This document shows, in pieces, positions 63,749 through 64,000 of a stretch of DNA of 64,000 bases. A program made the position numbers and the translations under genes. Within the stretch, counting starts at the first letter, position 1, and every line of letters starts with the position of its first letter. The stretch is taken from the NCBI GenBank assembly GCA_963727775.1, contig CAVSHB010000001.1, positions 1,510,199-1,574,198 of the forward strand. The letters run 5' to 3'. The notes under the pieces are model-generated. The model saw only the letters and a program-made list of their open reading frames with translations. It was not told where the DNA came from and searched no databases. The stretch comes from an uncultured Nitrospiraceae bacterium. Lineage in GTDB: Bacteria > Nitrospirota > Thermodesulfovibrionia > Thermodesulfovibrionales > SM23-35.

Positions 63749-64000
63749 TCAGTATCGATCCGGAGGGCTATTGCACCTGGAAGGGAGCAAATACTCAATC
63801 GTGACCATTGTGCCCTTCTTGCAAACCGGGCAGGTATTGATATCGATACCGTAGATTCTGAGCAACTGATCCTGCCAGGTCTCTGATTTTTCTTCTTCTT
63901 CTTCTTTTGTTTCGGTTTTACAACTGCCGATGAGCTTACGGCATAGCGCGATGTTGTCTTTACGCTTTCTGTTTGCGAGGAGTCCGAAGTGCCTGATTTA
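63749..64000 (-). pseudogene. C-terminus of an IS91-family (Y2) transposase
   Basis: Reads IRHFGLLANR..CPVCKKGTM..SPP; the in-frame codon at the window edge (63998-64000) is TAA, so possibly disrupted. Confidence 0.75.

Noticed and set aside
1..64000. CRISPR array, rRNA, prophage or selA
   Set aside because: No regularly spaced repeats, rRNA-like sequence, phage structural genes or SelA-like ORF seen

Overview
Bacterial chromosome segment, probably from an anaerobe of the Nitrospirota/Thermodesulfovibrionia or deltaproteobacterial type (inferred from gene content only). Housekeeping blocks (mgtA, RNB nuclease, CCA enzyme, mtaB, miaB, secA, trpE/pabB-like, pyrF, dcd, hypC, mutS) alternate with three accessory regions. 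(1) 17.7-26.5 kb: a decayed polymorphic-toxin-like locus broken by an IS110-family element (with a nested IS630), a ~150-bp hairpin element, a nonsense codon and a frameshift. (2) 28.5-56.7 kb: a selenium/sulfur and redox island with a Sec-containing SelD, YedF, DUF3343, a PLP desulfurase/lyase, rhodanese, a double-cubane protein plus its ATPase, a Mo-bisPGD enzyme, two PP-loop proteins, three multiheme cytochromes and a SelB paralogue. (3) 59.4-64 kb: an IS cluster. The main finding is two full-length 95-nt tRNA genes (51565-51659 and 56567-56661, minus strand). They have a tRNA-Sec-type fold (8-bp acceptor, 5-bp T stem, long D stem, long variable arm) but a Cys anticodon (GCA) and Cys discriminator (U73). 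They bracket a SelB paralogue with an altered SECIS-binding motif plus three uncharacterised enzymes. This suggests a dedicated SelB*/tRNA(GCA) route that delivers Cys, Sec or a modified Cys at UGY codons; that function is inference. A second clear observation is the IS110 at 61681-63488, whose non-coding end carries two 9-nt segments exactly matching its own insertion flanks (bridge-RNA target loop); it appears to sit in the end of an IS91-like element. All calls come from reading motifs by eye; no searches were run, and literature is cited from memory.
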